33,073 nucleotides of DNA from a virus (Duplodnaviria > Caudoviricetes): IMG/VR virus record IMGVR_UViG_3300016476_000218, positions 1 through 33,073 of that record; one strand, written 5' to 3'. Under the pieces are notes generated by a model that saw nothing but the letters and a program-made list of their open reading frames with translations, was not told the origin of the DNA and did no database searches. The translations under genes were made by a program, and so were the position numbers. Positions within the stretch are counted from its first letter, which is position 1. Each line of letters begins with the position of its first letter. Positions 1 through 9,515 of the stretch are shown piece after piece.

Positions 1-1
1 A

Positions 2-2080
2 AAAGACCGTCGTATTGATTACAGCAACTTTGATTTTAATTGGTTGCCCGACACATGGGACAAAGACAAGATACATTATTTTGCTATGCAAGGCACAGAG
101 CAGTTGGCATATACTGCACTGGTCAATCCTTTTTATTATGATAAAACACAAGAACCTGTTTATCACTCAAGTGATTTACAATTTGCTCAGCGTTATGTTA
201 AGACATGGAACGATGATTTACGAGTTAGCTTGTCACAAAAGATACTGCAAGATCCACCAGAGCATGAGTGGACGTGGTACACTGACGAACGTATCAACTA
301 TGATAACTTTGATTTTGCTTGGTTGCCAGATGCCTGGGACAAAAGCAAAGTGCATGCTTTCTGCATGAAGAACGCAGAGCAACTAAGTTATACATGGTTA
401 GTGCATAAAGACTGTGACTTGAACAATTTAAAGTTCAAGTATCACACAAGTGAATTAGAATTTAACGATGGTGTTGTGCCCATAGTATTCTGGCCTAAGT
501 TTACCAGCATACACTTAGAGTCAGACAACTGGCAGGACAATCTTCGTATTACAGCCAGCAAACTGGCATTTGGTAGTGAATGGATATGGATTTGTGACGA
601 ACGTATTGATTACAGTAACTTCGATTTTTCTTGGCTTCCTCCTGCTTGGGACAGCGATTTCATACATTGCTTCACTGTAAAAGGCAGAGAGCGACTAAGC
701 TATACATGGTTAGTTCGAGCTGATAACCTACATAAGGAATCACGATACAAATATCATCACACTGATCTGATGTTGCAGAATCATTATGATGTTATTGAAC
801 TAGACATGTTGATGGATGGCAGCAAGAGTCAGTATAAGCAACAGCGTTTCCTCAGCACTATGGAAGAAGCATTAAAGACTGCTGCTCGTAAAACTGATCA
901 AGAATGGTTGTGGGTATTGAGTAACTGCTGTGATTACACAGACTTTAATTTAGACTACTTGCCTGAGTTAGATGAAGTAGAACAAACACATTGTTGGCCC
1001 AGCGGTATTCAACAGAAAGGTGATACATTCCTAATTCATATTCCCACATACTTGCAGACCAACAAATTCAAGTTTAACTTCAATCACAAGGAACTCTCAC
1101 GCAAGCCTTGGCCTGTAGTTGAATATACAAATGACAACTTAGCAGAAGCCATTCGTCAGAATCCCAGCCGCAGTATCTACACAGTGTATAAGCATAAAGA
1201 TTCGGATTTGTTGAAGGTAGTAGATGTCTGCTTGTGGGAAAAGCGTAGTGTAGTAGCACTTAACAAAAGCCACAGCACTTGCTTGGTGCCGCGAGACTGT
1301 GTGGTTAAGAAAGAAATATATGAATATCCATATTTGGAAATGGCCACTGTGTTTGCTACAGAACCACGCATTGATGTAATCTTTATCAGCAACGGTGAAA
1401 GTCAAGCAGAGCGCAACTGGCAACAGTGTAAGAAAATATTTGGTCATGCTAAACGTGTGGATGGTGTTAACGGTCGCTTGGCTAGTTATCAAGCAGCAGC
1501 TAAATTAAGTTCTACAGATTGGTTTATTGCTGTATTCGCCAAGTGCAGAGTATTAGATGTGTATGACAACATTGGCTTTGGCTGGCAACCTGACTATTGG
1601 CAGCAGAGCAAACACTACATCTTCCTTAATAAGAATTTAGAAACAGAACTTATATACGGACACATGGCACCTATTGCCTACAATAAAAAACTAATGCTAG
1701 AGAATCAAGGAGGACTGGACATGACACTGGTGCAGCAGCATGTGGTAGTGCCTATCACTATTAGTGAAACTGATCTAAGCGATGATCCTTGGCTAGCATG
1801 GCGCACAGCCTTTCGTGAAGTAGTAAAGCTCAATTATTATGCCAATGGTGAACTAAGTGTGGAAGGCGAATATCGTTTATGGGCTTGGCAGACTAAAGGC
1901 AGCGAATGGAGCCAACGTGGTGCTATTGATGCTATGAACTATATTCGTGAACATGGCTTAACTGAGGAAGCAGTAATGCCCACAGTTGAATGGGCCTGGC
2001 TGGAACAATACTTTAAGAAAATTTACAGTGCAGATATAACTGAAGTAATCACACGTTCTACGTCACTGTCTGACAAGTGA
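2..2080 (+). CDS. Large repeat-containing protein with glycosyltransferase-like (GT-A-like) C-terminal domain; 5' truncated
   Basis: The frame of ORF 44..2080 is open back to base 2 (KDRRIDYSNFDFNWLPDTWD), so the true start is outside the window. It has at least three copies of D-x-RI(D/N)YxNFDFxWLPxxWD...HxF...LxYTxLV. The C-terminal DVIFISNGE...RVDGVNG...AAAKLSSTDWF segment resembles GT2-like folds. Confidence 0.6.
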   Translation, partial: KDRRIDYSNFDFNWLPDTWDKDKIHYFAMQGTEQLAYTALVNPFYYDKTQEPVYHSSDLQFAQRYVKTWNDDLRVSLSQKILQDPPEHEWTWYTDERINYDNFDFAWLPDAWDKSKVHAFCMKNAEQLSYTWLVHKDCDLNNLKFKYHTSELEFNDGVVPIVFWPKFTSIHLESDNWQDNLRITASKLAFGSEWIWICDERIDYSNFDFSWLPPAWDSDFIHCFTVKGRERLSYTWLVRADNLHKESRYKYHHTDLMLQNHYDVIELDMLMDGSKSQYKQQRFLSTMEEALKTAARKTDQEWLWVLSNCCDYTDFNLDYLPELDEVEQTHCWPSGIQQKGDTFLIHIPTYLQTNKFKFNFNHKELSRKPWPVVEYTNDNLAEAIRQNPSRSIYTVYKHKDSDLLKVVDVCLWEKRSVVALNKSHSTCLVPRDCVVKKEIYEYPYLEMATVFATEPRIDVIFISNGESQAERNWQQCKKIFGHAKRVDGVNGRLASYQAAAKLSSTDWFIAVFAKCRVLDVYDNIGFGWQPDYWQQSKHYIFLNKNLETELIYGHMAPIAYNKKLMLENQGGLDMTLVQQHVVVPITISETDLSDDPWLAWRTAFREVVKLNYYANGELSVEGEYRLWAWQTKGSEWSQRGAIDAMNYIREHGLTEEAVMPTVEWAWLEQYFKKIYSADITEVITRSTSLSDK

Positions 2081-3120
2081 GCATGATTGGGAATAGTGAT
2101 AATTCTATTCTTTAAGAAGCGTGTCTTGGTAGTATAAGTGTAATCATAATAGGGCGTATGTTCATTAATACCTTGATGATAATGGCATCCAAACTCTATA
2201 CCATCTTCTGTTAATTGCTGTCTAACAGCATCAGCACGTTTGGTAGCAAATGGGAAAACATAATGTTGATGTGTAGCCCAGTCGCCCCATTCAGGCATTT
2301 CAACTAAACCATTTAATCTTTCTTTATAGTATTCACTGATCTTACGCTTGCGAGCAATACGCTTATCAACTAGAGGATACTTTGCGTTAAGCACTGCGGC
2401 TTGTATAGCATCTAGTCTATAGTTACCGCCTTTAGTTACAATGTCATTACCCAGCTTGCCTTGATGACTCTGAGCACGTTGATGACTGAGGTTTTGATAC
2501 TTGCTGCCTAGTGCACCTGCTGATCCCATAGCGCCCCAGTTCTTTAAAGGATTCATACTAAAGGTCATGACATCTGCATAGTCTGCAGGATCCCACCCAT
2601 TGCCTTTAAGTCCCCAACTCTGTGCTGCATCTACAATTAATGGAATGTCATAGTTCTTGCACAAGTGATAATACATGGGCAAGTTGCCTGTTTGACCATA
2701 CAAGTCTACAAATACCACAGCACAGATTATTCTGTTGAATGTTTCCAGCGTCTCAGCTAACAAACCAAAGTCCATTAGCCAATGTTCGTCTATGTCAATT
2801 GATTGAACATTAAAGCCTGCGTTGGCAATAGCATTAGGTGTAGCAATGTAAGTCATTGCTGGTACAATGATCCAGTTGGTTTCTTCAGTAATGCTCTGCA
2901 CAGGCTTGGATAGATTTTGCAATGCCAGTGTAAGAGCAGTGGTGCCACTGTTGCAGCTGACTACTTGATCAAAGCCATACGCTTCTTTAACAGTAGTTTC
3001 AAATCGATCAATTTCAGGATGATTGAAATACTGCCCCGTGTTGCCTACACGAGCAATAGCACTGAGAATAGAAGTGCGTTGATCATCAAACTGTTCGTCT
3101 GTGTCCCACAGCTTAATCAT
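2023..3120 (-). CDS. DegT/DnrJ/EryC1/StrS family PLP-dependent sugar aminotransferase
   Basis: Motifs NSGTTAL, VDLYGQ, VDAAQS, FSMNPLKNWGAMG (Schiff-base Lys) and NYRLDAIQAA. Confidence 0.92.
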   Translation of the reverse strand: MIKLWDTDEQFDDQRTSILSAIARVGNTGQYFNHPEIDRFETTVKEAYGFDQVVSCNSGTTALTLALQNLSKPVQSITEETNWIIVPAMTYIATPNAIANAGFNVQSIDIDEHWLMDFGLLAETLETFNRIICAVVFVDLYGQTGNLPMYYHLCKNYDIPLIVDAAQSWGLKGNGWDPADYADVMTFSMNPLKNWGAMGSAGALGSKYQNLSHQRAQSHQGKLGNDIVTKGGNYRLDAIQAAVLNAKYPLVDKRIARKRKISEYYKERLNGLVEMPEWGDWATHQHYVFPFATKRADAVRQQLTEDGIEFGCHYHQGINEHTPYYDYTYTTKTRFLKNRIITIPNHAHLSDSDVERVITSVISAL

Positions 3121-4019
3121 ATGTGCCTCAGTTTAGCAATGCCTTCTTCCAACATTACTTTAGGTTGATACATCAAGTTACGCTGTGCATGTTCTATGTT
3201 AAGTGCACCACGCTTGGGCTGTGCTTTATTTGATCCATATGTATTGATAATTCTGCTGCGGCTTTCTGTTGTGTTCACAATCATCTGTGCAGCTTCGCCC
3301 AAGCTACGAGCATAGCCTGCTGTGATGTTGAATGTATCTGGTTTGTCATATTGTCCTGCCAACAGCAATCCTTGTACAACATCAGTTACATAGGTAAAGT
3401 CTAACATAGCGCCTGGATTCTGCACACTGATGTTGTCATTAGTGCGAGCTTCTTGCAGCCACTTACTGATTACCCTTTTGCCATCATCGCGAGGGCCATA
3501 AACAGCACTGGGACGAATGATAACGTGATTACGAGGAAGGATCTGACGAACAATTTCTTCTGCCTGTTTTTTCAGTAGTCCATACATGTTGATTGGTTCC
3601 AGAGGATGATCCTCTGCAACATAATCAGTTTGAAAATTACCATATACCATGCTGCTGCTGACGTAAACTAATTTAAGTCTACGTTCTTTGCAGAACTGTG
3701 CAACTCTTGCAGTATTAGCTACAATGTTATCAGCAGCTTCATAAGGATCCTCTGCTACAGTAGCTTGATTAGGATGACTGGCCAGATGATATACAACTGT
3801 GTCATAACCATAAGCCAGTTCTTCCAATAGTTCTAGATTGTCACTGTGATTGTGATACCATAGATTATTGTTGCAGTATTGATGTCGTGCTCTGATTAAA
3901 TCTTTACCAGCAAATCTAACGTCGTCTATCACAGCAACTTGATAGTCATGCTTCTGCATTGTATGCCAAAGATGATGACCTATAAAGCCTAAGCCGCCTG
4001 TGATAATTGCACGTCTCAT
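3117..4019 (-). CDS. NAD-dependent nucleotide-sugar epimerase/dehydratase (extended SDR)
   Basis: TGGLGFIG Rossmann motif, SSSMVYG, YGLLK (YxxxK), VYGP and DFTYVTDV. Confidence 0.93.
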   Translation of the reverse strand: MRRAIITGGLGFIGHHLWHTMQKHDYQVAVIDDVRFAGKDLIRARHQYCNNNLWYHNHSDNLELLEELAYGYDTVVYHLASHPNQATVAEDPYEAADNIVANTARVAQFCKERRLKLVYVSSSMVYGNFQTDYVAEDHPLEPINMYGLLKKQAEEIVRQILPRNHVIIRPSAVYGPRDDGKRVISKWLQEARTNDNISVQNPGAMLDFTYVTDVVQGLLLAGQYDKPDTFNITAGYARSLGEAAQMIVNTTESRSRIINTYGSNKAQPKRGALNIEHAQRNLMYQPKVMLEEGIAKLRHI

Positions 4020-4876
4020 ACTGCCATTTCAGCCTTGATAAATGGATGGCATTGGTAGTCAACCAGCTTGCATTGTTCTGGTGTAGCAATCCAAATGCTT
4101 TCTACTTCGCTGATGTCCAATGTAGGTAATGGATAAGGTTCACGTGACAACTGTGTGATAACAGCATCGAAGTGATTGTTGTAGATATGAATGTCACCAA
4201 ACGTATGCACAAACTCGCCTACTTCTGCACCGATCTCTTTAGCAATAAGATGAATAAACAAGCTATAGCTGGCAATGTTAAATGGTACACCTAAAAACAA
4301 GTCTGCACTACGCTGATACATCTGGCAGCTGAGCTTGTTATTACGCAGATAAAACTGTGCAAATGTATGACAGGGTGGCAGTGCCATTTTGTCTATTTCA
4401 CCGGGGTTCCATGCACTGAGAATATGTCTACGGCTAGTGGGATCTTTCTTTAGACCTTCAATAAGGTTAGCTAACTGATCTGTTGAACGATAGCTGTATG
4501 TGCCTTCAAAGTGTGGACTGCGCCAGTCTCGCCACTGCACACCATATACACGACCTAAGTCACCATCGTAACGAGCTTTGTCGATCCAATAAGGAGCCTG
4601 TGCATTGGCAGTCCAGATAGTTTTCTTAGCAGGATCTCTTGTGCCAAATTGAATCTCTGCTAGTCTACGTTCGTCGCCTGAGCCTTCAATAAACCAAAGT
4701 AGTTCGCTGCGAACAGCATGCCAGTTTAGTTTCTTAGTAGTAACTGCTGGGAAGCCCTGACTCAAATCAAATCGTAGCTGTTCACCAAACAAGCTAACAG
4801 TGCCAACACCTGTACGATCATGGCTCTGTACACCATTCTTCATTACTTTAGCACAAAGGTCATTATATTTCTGCAT
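4016..4876 (-). CDS. thyA: Thymidylate synthase
   Basis: DRTGVGT, ELLWF, LGRVYGVQWR, MALPPCH (catalytic Cys), YQRSADLFLGVPFNIASY and GDIHIY. Confidence 0.98.
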   Translation of the reverse strand: MQKYNDLCAKVMKNGVQSHDRTGVGTVSLFGEQLRFDLSQGFPAVTTKKLNWHAVRSELLWFIEGSGDERRLAEIQFGTRDPAKKTIWTANAQAPYWIDKARYDGDLGRVYGVQWRDWRSPHFEGTYSYRSTDQLANLIEGLKKDPTSRRHILSAWNPGEIDKMALPPCHTFAQFYLRNNKLSCQMYQRSADLFLGVPFNIASYSLFIHLIAKEIGAEVGEFVHTFGDIHIYNNHFDAVITQLSREPYPLPTLDISEVESIWIATPEQCKLVDYQCHPFIKAEMAV

Positions 4877-4879
4877 GTC

Positions 4880-5371
4880 TTATACTCGTTTCCAAACACT
4901 AAAAATTTTATTCTTGCCATAAGTTTCGTACTGCATGGCAAAGTTTTTAAGTAGATCTTTATAATCTATTTTAACATCACAATCGAAATCATCATAAAAT
5001 AATGTTAAATGTATTTCTTCGAAAAGATGTTTAGTGCTATTGATAAGTTTAGCACCGCCAATAATCCAAACAGTTTTGTTTGGGTGTTGACTTGCTAATA
5101 CACTGATACTTTCCTGCAATACTGTTCCAGCAATCACATCGTGTGCTTCTGGAAACAATTCTACATTTTGATTAGTTACTACCACACAATGTCTATTAGG
5201 CAGAGGTTTAGGCATAGCAGGATCTACCCATGTATTACTGCCCATGACCACAACATGATCTGTTGTAGCACGTTTAAACCATTGCATGTCTTCTTTATCG
5301 TGAGGCCAGGGCAGTGAGCCATTTTTGCCCATACCGCCCTGGAGGTCAACTGCAAATATTGCTTTAATCAT
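4880..5371 (-). CDS. folA: Dihydrofolate reductase
   Basis: MGKNGSLPW, VVMGSNTW, PLPNR and WIIGGA; adjacent to thyA. Confidence 0.95.
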   Translation of the reverse strand: MIKAIFAVDLQGGMGKNGSLPWPHDKEDMQWFKRATTDHVVVMGSNTWVDPAMPKPLPNRHCVVVTNQNVELFPEAHDVIAGTVLQESISVLASQHPNKTVWIIGGAKLINSTKHLFEEIHLTLFYDDFDCDVKIDYKDLLKNFAMQYETYGKNKIFSVWKRV

Positions 5372-5673
5372 TTACCAAATAGCTTATCTACTTTTTGTGT
5401 AACTGTGTTTGCTAATTCTTCAACATTGATATGAAAATGTATGTTTTCAACTTCGTCGTTGTGTTCTTCTAAAAACTGTTCTACAGCAGCTTCGATTTTT
5501 ACTACAGAAGTTTTATTAGCAAACATTGTCATGATATCAAATGTTACTACACTTTCATCTGTCATGTGAACAGTGATTTCACGGACAAATCTAAGTGGTA
5601 CTTCGCTCATATCTATGTCTTCCAGCAGATGATGCCAGCGTTCATAGAAATCATCACTAAACTGATCAGGCAC
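5368..5673 (-). CDS. Hypothetical protein (acidic)
   Basis: 101 aa ORF overlapping both neighbours within the minus-strand operon. Confidence 0.7.
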   Translation of the reverse strand: MPDQFSDDFYERWHHLLEDIDMSEVPLRFVREITVHMTDESVVTFDIMTMFANKTSVVKIEAAVEQFLEEHNDEVENIHFHINVEELANTVTQKVDKLFGK

Positions 5674-6202
5674 TTTTCTTAGTCTTAGATGCTTTTGGAG
5701 TAGCTAGTGACTGAACTTGCTGTGCAAGACCCATGATCATCTGTTCCAACTTGGCAATGCGATCATCTTCAACTGCTGCTGTGGCTTTAATAGCTTCAAC
5801 AACTGGCTCTGTTTCAACAGCAGCTAGTTCTTGCTGAGCGGCTTTGCCTGTACGGATTTCGTTTAGCATACGATTGAGCTCATCTAGGCGAACTGCACTC
5901 TTGCTGTTTGGGCGAATAATAACATTGTTAGAAGCAACTTTCTTGATGTAACCTTCACCATGCAATGCTTCCAGCATGTTTTGACCATCGCTGAAGTAAC
6001 GACGCTTTAATACGTCGATAAACTCGTTTGCACTCTGTCCAGCATCGCTTTCCAGTTCTTTCATAATATCATCGTGAAAGCGACTGGGAATAATTTCGCT
6101 AAAAATTACTGATGCCATATGATCTTCACCGGGCAGCTGACGTTGGACGATGATTACCTTTTTACTTCCATTGGCTGTGCCAACGTGCTTGAAAAAACTC
6201 AT
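5666..6202 (-). CDS. Hypothetical phage protein
   Basis: 178 aa ORF with a TAATG stop/start overlap to the upstream ORF and a coiled-coil/basic tail. Confidence 0.75.
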   Translation of the reverse strand: MSFFKHVGTANGSKKVIIVQRQLPGEDHMASVIFSEIIPSRFHDDIMKELESDAGQSANEFIDVLKRRYFSDGQNMLEALHGEGYIKKVASNNVIIRPNSKSAVRLDELNRMLNEIRTGKAAQQELAAVETEPVVEAIKATAAVEDDRIAKLEQMIMGLAQQVQSLATPKASKTKKSA

Positions 6203-6459
6203 TATTTCTTCCCCTTCTTGGAACTCTTCTTAGCGGGTTCTTCTGATGAATCAGCAGTTTCTGCTGTTGCTTCATCTTTAATGGCTCCCGTAGCCTTTAG
6301 AAAATTGACAACTTTATTGTATAGGTCGCCCACAGTTGACATTTCTTCAGCTTTGAAAGCGCCTCTGCGAGCAGCTACATCTACAACATTGAGCAAGCCA
6401 ACAATATCTTGAATGTTAATGCTTGTTTGTTCGGTTGCGGTTGAAGTTACTTCACTCAT
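6202..6459 (-). CDS. Hypothetical small phage protein
   Basis: 85 aa ORF with an AAGGA ribosome-binding site, downstream of TATAAATA. Confidence 0.75.
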   Translation of the reverse strand: MSEVTSTATEQTSINIQDIVGLLNVVDVAARRGAFKAEEMSTVGDLYNKVVNFLKATGAIKDEATAETADSSEEPAKKSSKKGKK

Positions 6460-6490
6460 TGAATATCCTTTAAGTTATTATCTGCGTATA

Positions 6491-6498
6491 TATTTATA
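6491..6498 (-). promoter_or_regulatory. T4-type late promoter consensus TATAAATA
   Basis: Plus-strand TATTTATA at 6491-6498, about 30 nt upstream of the ORF starting at 6459. Confidence 0.6.
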
Positions 6499-6520
6499 GG
6501 GGGATTTTGCCCCCTATAAA
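6493..6520. terminator. 11-bp perfect hairpin, probable terminator after the vWA gene
   Basis: TTTATAGGGGG-ATTTTG-CCCCCTATAAA, 10 nt past the stop codon at 6531. Confidence 0.7.
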
Positions 6521-6530
6521 ATTTCTGATT

Positions 6531-7802
6531 TTACTTTTCTGGTGCTTGCTCGTAGTAAGCAAACTGACCAAATGGAGGAACAATGCCCTTGTTGTAAGGG
6601 TTGTTGATAATCCACACTGTGTCACAGTATGTCTCATCGCCCCAGCTGCCGTAGGGTTCACCATCAGTAAACACCACAAACATCTTGGGCTCTACGTCAT
6701 TTTCCTTCATCCAAGTCCAGTTGACATCAAAGTCTGTACCACCACCACCAGGTGCTTCATAAGTTTCAATGTCATGTGCATTGCCACTGTCAAATTCTGC
6801 ATGCTGGTAAGTGTTGGTATCAAAGCACCACAGACGCAGTTTGAAGTCATCATACTGTTCCATAATGCCTTTGACTTCTGTAACAAAGTCCTTTAGCTGA
6901 CGATCACTAATGGAACCTGAGGTGTCAATTGCAACACAGATGTCAATAGTCTCGTCCTTCTTCATCGAAGGGATACTGAAGCCATTGGCAAAGTTCTTGC
7001 GAGCAGGAATGGCATAAGTGTAGTCATTTTTAATTACACTTTGGATCTGCTGGTTAAGCAATTCACGCCAGTTGATCTTGGGTTCCGTCAGCTGGCTGAT
7101 CACACGCTTAATGCCTTTGGGCACATTGCCTGCGCCAGTAGCCTGTGCTGCACTTAGCATAGCCTCACGGAATTCATCCTTGATCTTCTTGCGTTCTTCT
7201 TCACTTAGCGTGGGACGCTTGCCCTTGCCGTCTTTACCATCCTTATCGCCGTTGCCTTCACCCTCACCTTCGAGATGTTCGTCCAACATCATGTCCAGCA
7301 AGGTTTCCATGTCAATCTTTTCGGCGTTCTTATACAGGTCATCATAAACCTGTTCCCAGCTCCAGCCCTCATACTTTTGGTCATATAGTGAGGGCATAAT
7401 GCGCTCACCTAATCCATGGCGCATGCAGTCTGCGTTGACTACATAGTCCATTGCAATATTGGAAAGCTGACGATCACGGCTGCCAGTGCGCCCAACATGC
7501 TCATAAGCAGCATGTAGCAGTTCGTGGCAGAACAGGAACATCATTTGGTTAGTGGTAAGGTCATTGACAAATTTGGTATTGTAGTAGAAATGGCGACCAT
7601 CTGTAGCAGCCGTTTCACACCAACTGTCCGCATTGACCAATTTGAGGCGCATGGCAAGGTTACCAAAGAAACCATGCTTTAGCACCAATGCTACACGAGC
7701 ACCAAGGATCTTTTCCCTTGCTGCATTGTCCAACAGACTGTCAAAAACGTCCGTTACACGGGATTCTTTTTTAGTTTTGGGTTTTGTAACTGCGCGAGCC
7801 AT
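6531..7802 (-). CDS. Metallopeptidase-like (HExxH) plus vWA domain protein (DUF2201-type), MoxR partner
   Basis: TAATDG, HELLH, acidic/Gly linker, MIDAS motif DTSGS, GGGGTDF and FTDG; AGGAGG ribosome-binding site. Confidence 0.9.
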   Translation of the reverse strand: MARAVTKPKTKKESRVTDVFDSLLDNAAREKILGARVALVLKHGFFGNLAMRLKLVNADSWCETAATDGRHFYYNTKFVNDLTTNQMMFLFCHELLHAAYEHVGRTGSRDRQLSNIAMDYVVNADCMRHGLGERIMPSLYDQKYEGWSWEQVYDDLYKNAEKIDMETLLDMMLDEHLEGEGEGNGDKDGKDGKGKRPTLSEEERKKIKDEFREAMLSAAQATGAGNVPKGIKRVISQLTEPKINWRELLNQQIQSVIKNDYTYAIPARKNFANGFSIPSMKKDETIDICVAIDTSGSISDRQLKDFVTEVKGIMEQYDDFKLRLWCFDTNTYQHAEFDSGNAHDIETYEAPGGGGTDFDVNWTWMKENDVEPKMFVVFTDGEPYGSWGDETYCDTVWIINNPYNKGIVPPFGQFAYYEQAPEK

Positions 7803-7821
7803 ATAGTCCTCCTACTGTTAT

Positions 7822-7849
7822 ATATTAACAGAAATGTGTTAGAAGTCAA
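7822..7849 (-). promoter_or_regulatory. Sigma70-like promoter for the vWA gene
   Basis: TTGACT (7844-7849), 16 nt spacer, TAATAT (7822-7827) with TGn extension. Confidence 0.55.
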
Positions 7850-7884
7850 GTAAGATATTGGATAAATACTGAAACGAGACCAAA

Positions 7885-8109
7885 ATGGCAGCTAACGGTA
7901 TCAGCACTTTGAGCACAAAGCAGCTCAAGCAAGAAGCCAAATTAAATTTGGCACAAACCGAACGATATGCGGGCGGTAATACTGCGGCTGTTGCATATAG
8001 AACCTTACACACTTTGGACATTAACTTATTGCCCACAAAATATAGCGGCAACAACCTAATTGATAATCCAAATGCGGGTGGTCTACAACAGGGGAGGCCT
8101 TGGAAGTAA
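7885..8109 (+). CDS. Hypothetical protein, possibly late/virion-associated
   Basis: 74 aa ORF preceded by TAAATA (7863-7868), with a TAATG overlap to the next gene. Confidence 0.7.
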   Translation: MAANGISTLSTKQLKQEAKLNLAQTERYAGGNTAAVAYRTLHTLDINLLPTKYSGNNLIDNPNAGGLQQGRPWK

Positions 8110-9437
8110 TGGGCGTAAGAGTACCAAATTCCACAAATTATGTTCACAGTGATGAACCAAATCTATTAAACCTGCACAAGGCAATGGAATACAATGGACT
8201 TGGGCAACCAATTATCCGTGTTAAAGCTGGTTTTGGCGGCAGCGGCGGCGATTACAATGACAGCACTGCTACTGATGCATTTGGCAGACTTAGAATCAGC
8301 GATGCATATACACTGTTTGACTGTAGTTATAGATTTAGCGACGATACAACAAAATGGAATTCTGCCACAAGCGGTTCAGCAACCAAAACATATGACGCCA
8401 ATGCCTGCACAGTAAACATGAATGTAACCACTACAGGTGACCAAGTTATTCGCGAAACCAGATGTGTGTTTCAATATCAACCTGGCAAGAGCTTGTTGGT
8501 AATGAATACTTTTGCAATGGCCACACCACGAACAGGTTTGAGACAGAGAATAGGTTATTTTGGTGCCAACAACGGCGTCTATTTCATGACTGAGGGCACT
8601 ACCAAGTACTTTGTTATTAGAAAAGCTACCAGCGGATCAGTAGATGATACTACTGAAAAAGTAGCGCAAAGCAACTGGAATATAGACCCTTTAGACGGTA
8701 CTGGTCCCAGTAAAATCACATTAGATGTTACCAAAACACAAATTTTTTGGATGGACATTGAATGGTTGGGTGTAGGAAGTGTGCGTTGCGGGTTTGTTAT
8801 AAATGGTGTATTTGTTCCTTGTCATGTATTTCATCATGCCAATAGCTATACTATACCATACATGCAGACTGCCAGTTTACCATTAAGAGCAGAAATAACT
8901 GCTACAGGTGCAGTATCTGCTACCATGCGTGTGATATGCAGCACTATAATTAGTGAAGGTGGTTATGAACCCAAAGCCATATTCAGTGGTGCCAGTATGG
9001 GTGTAAACACAAAAAATTTAGTAACCAAAGGCACTTATTATCCATTAATGGCATTTAGGTTAGCCAGCGGTAGAACAGATGCCATTGTAAGACTTGCACA
9101 GTTACAAAGTATGATTGCTACCAGCAGCAGTGCTCCTAAAAACTGTCATTGGCAACTGTTGTTAAATCCAACACTTACAGGTAGCCCCAGTTGGCAAAGC
9201 ACTACCAACGGTATAGTAGAATATGATACCAGCGCCACTGGGTTTACTGGCGGCACTGCGATAACCCAAGGATACTTCAGCGCCAGTACCAGAGTAGATT
9301 TGGGTAGTCCAAGTGATTTCAATCAACAGTTTGGCCGCACTATTGCAGGTGTTAGCGATGTATTATTGTTTGTTGCTGCACCAGACAGCAATGGATTAGA
9401 TGTTGCGTTGGATGTAGGTTGGTTTGAATTAAGTTGA
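8109..9437 (+). CDS. Beta-rich Thr/Ser/Gly protein, probable virion structural protein
   Basis: The ATG at 8109 overlaps the upstream TAA and is preferred over 8100. Composition and segments such as DAFGRLRIS and WLGVGSVRCGF suggest a beta-sandwich structural protein; function is inferred. Confidence 0.55.
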   Translation: MGVRVPNSTNYVHSDEPNLLNLHKAMEYNGLGQPIIRVKAGFGGSGGDYNDSTATDAFGRLRISDAYTLFDCSYRFSDDTTKWNSATSGSATKTYDANACTVNMNVTTTGDQVIRETRCVFQYQPGKSLLVMNTFAMATPRTGLRQRIGYFGANNGVYFMTEGTTKYFVIRKATSGSVDDTTEKVAQSNWNIDPLDGTGPSKITLDVTKTQIFWMDIEWLGVGSVRCGFVINGVFVPCHVFHHANSYTIPYMQTASLPLRAEITATGAVSATMRVICSTIISEGGYEPKAIFSGASMGVNTKNLVTKGTYYPLMAFRLASGRTDAIVRLAQLQSMIATSSSAPKNCHWQLLLNPTLTGSPSWQSTTNGIVEYDTSATGFTGGTAITQGYFSASTRVDLGSPSDFNQQFGRTIAGVSDVLLFVAAPDSNGLDVALDVGWFELS

Positions 9438-9449
9438 TAAAAGGATAGC

Positions 9450-9509
9450 TAAATAATTGTGGTTCACGGAGCACCACCTCCCAACCACTCTATCGTCTTA
9501 CAAGGAGAC
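9450..9509 (+). promoter_or_regulatory. Late-promoter-like TAAATA plus structured leader (two hairpins) of the HNH gene
   Basis: TAAATA at 9450-9455. Stem GTGGTT (9459-9464)/AACCAC (9483-9488) encloses GGAG/CTCC. A second stem GTCTT (9495-9499)/GAGAC (9505-9509) overlaps the SD AGGAG (9503-9507). Confidence 0.55.
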
Positions 9510-9515
9510 AACAGC

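Noticed and set aside
9459-9515. GTG-initiated N-terminal extension of the HNH ORF; also a possible second preQ1 aptamer (GUGGUUC...CCAC)
   Set aside because: The SD sits before the ATG at 9516. The hairpin lacks the A-rich tail and pseudoknot and precedes a nuclease rather than a que gene.
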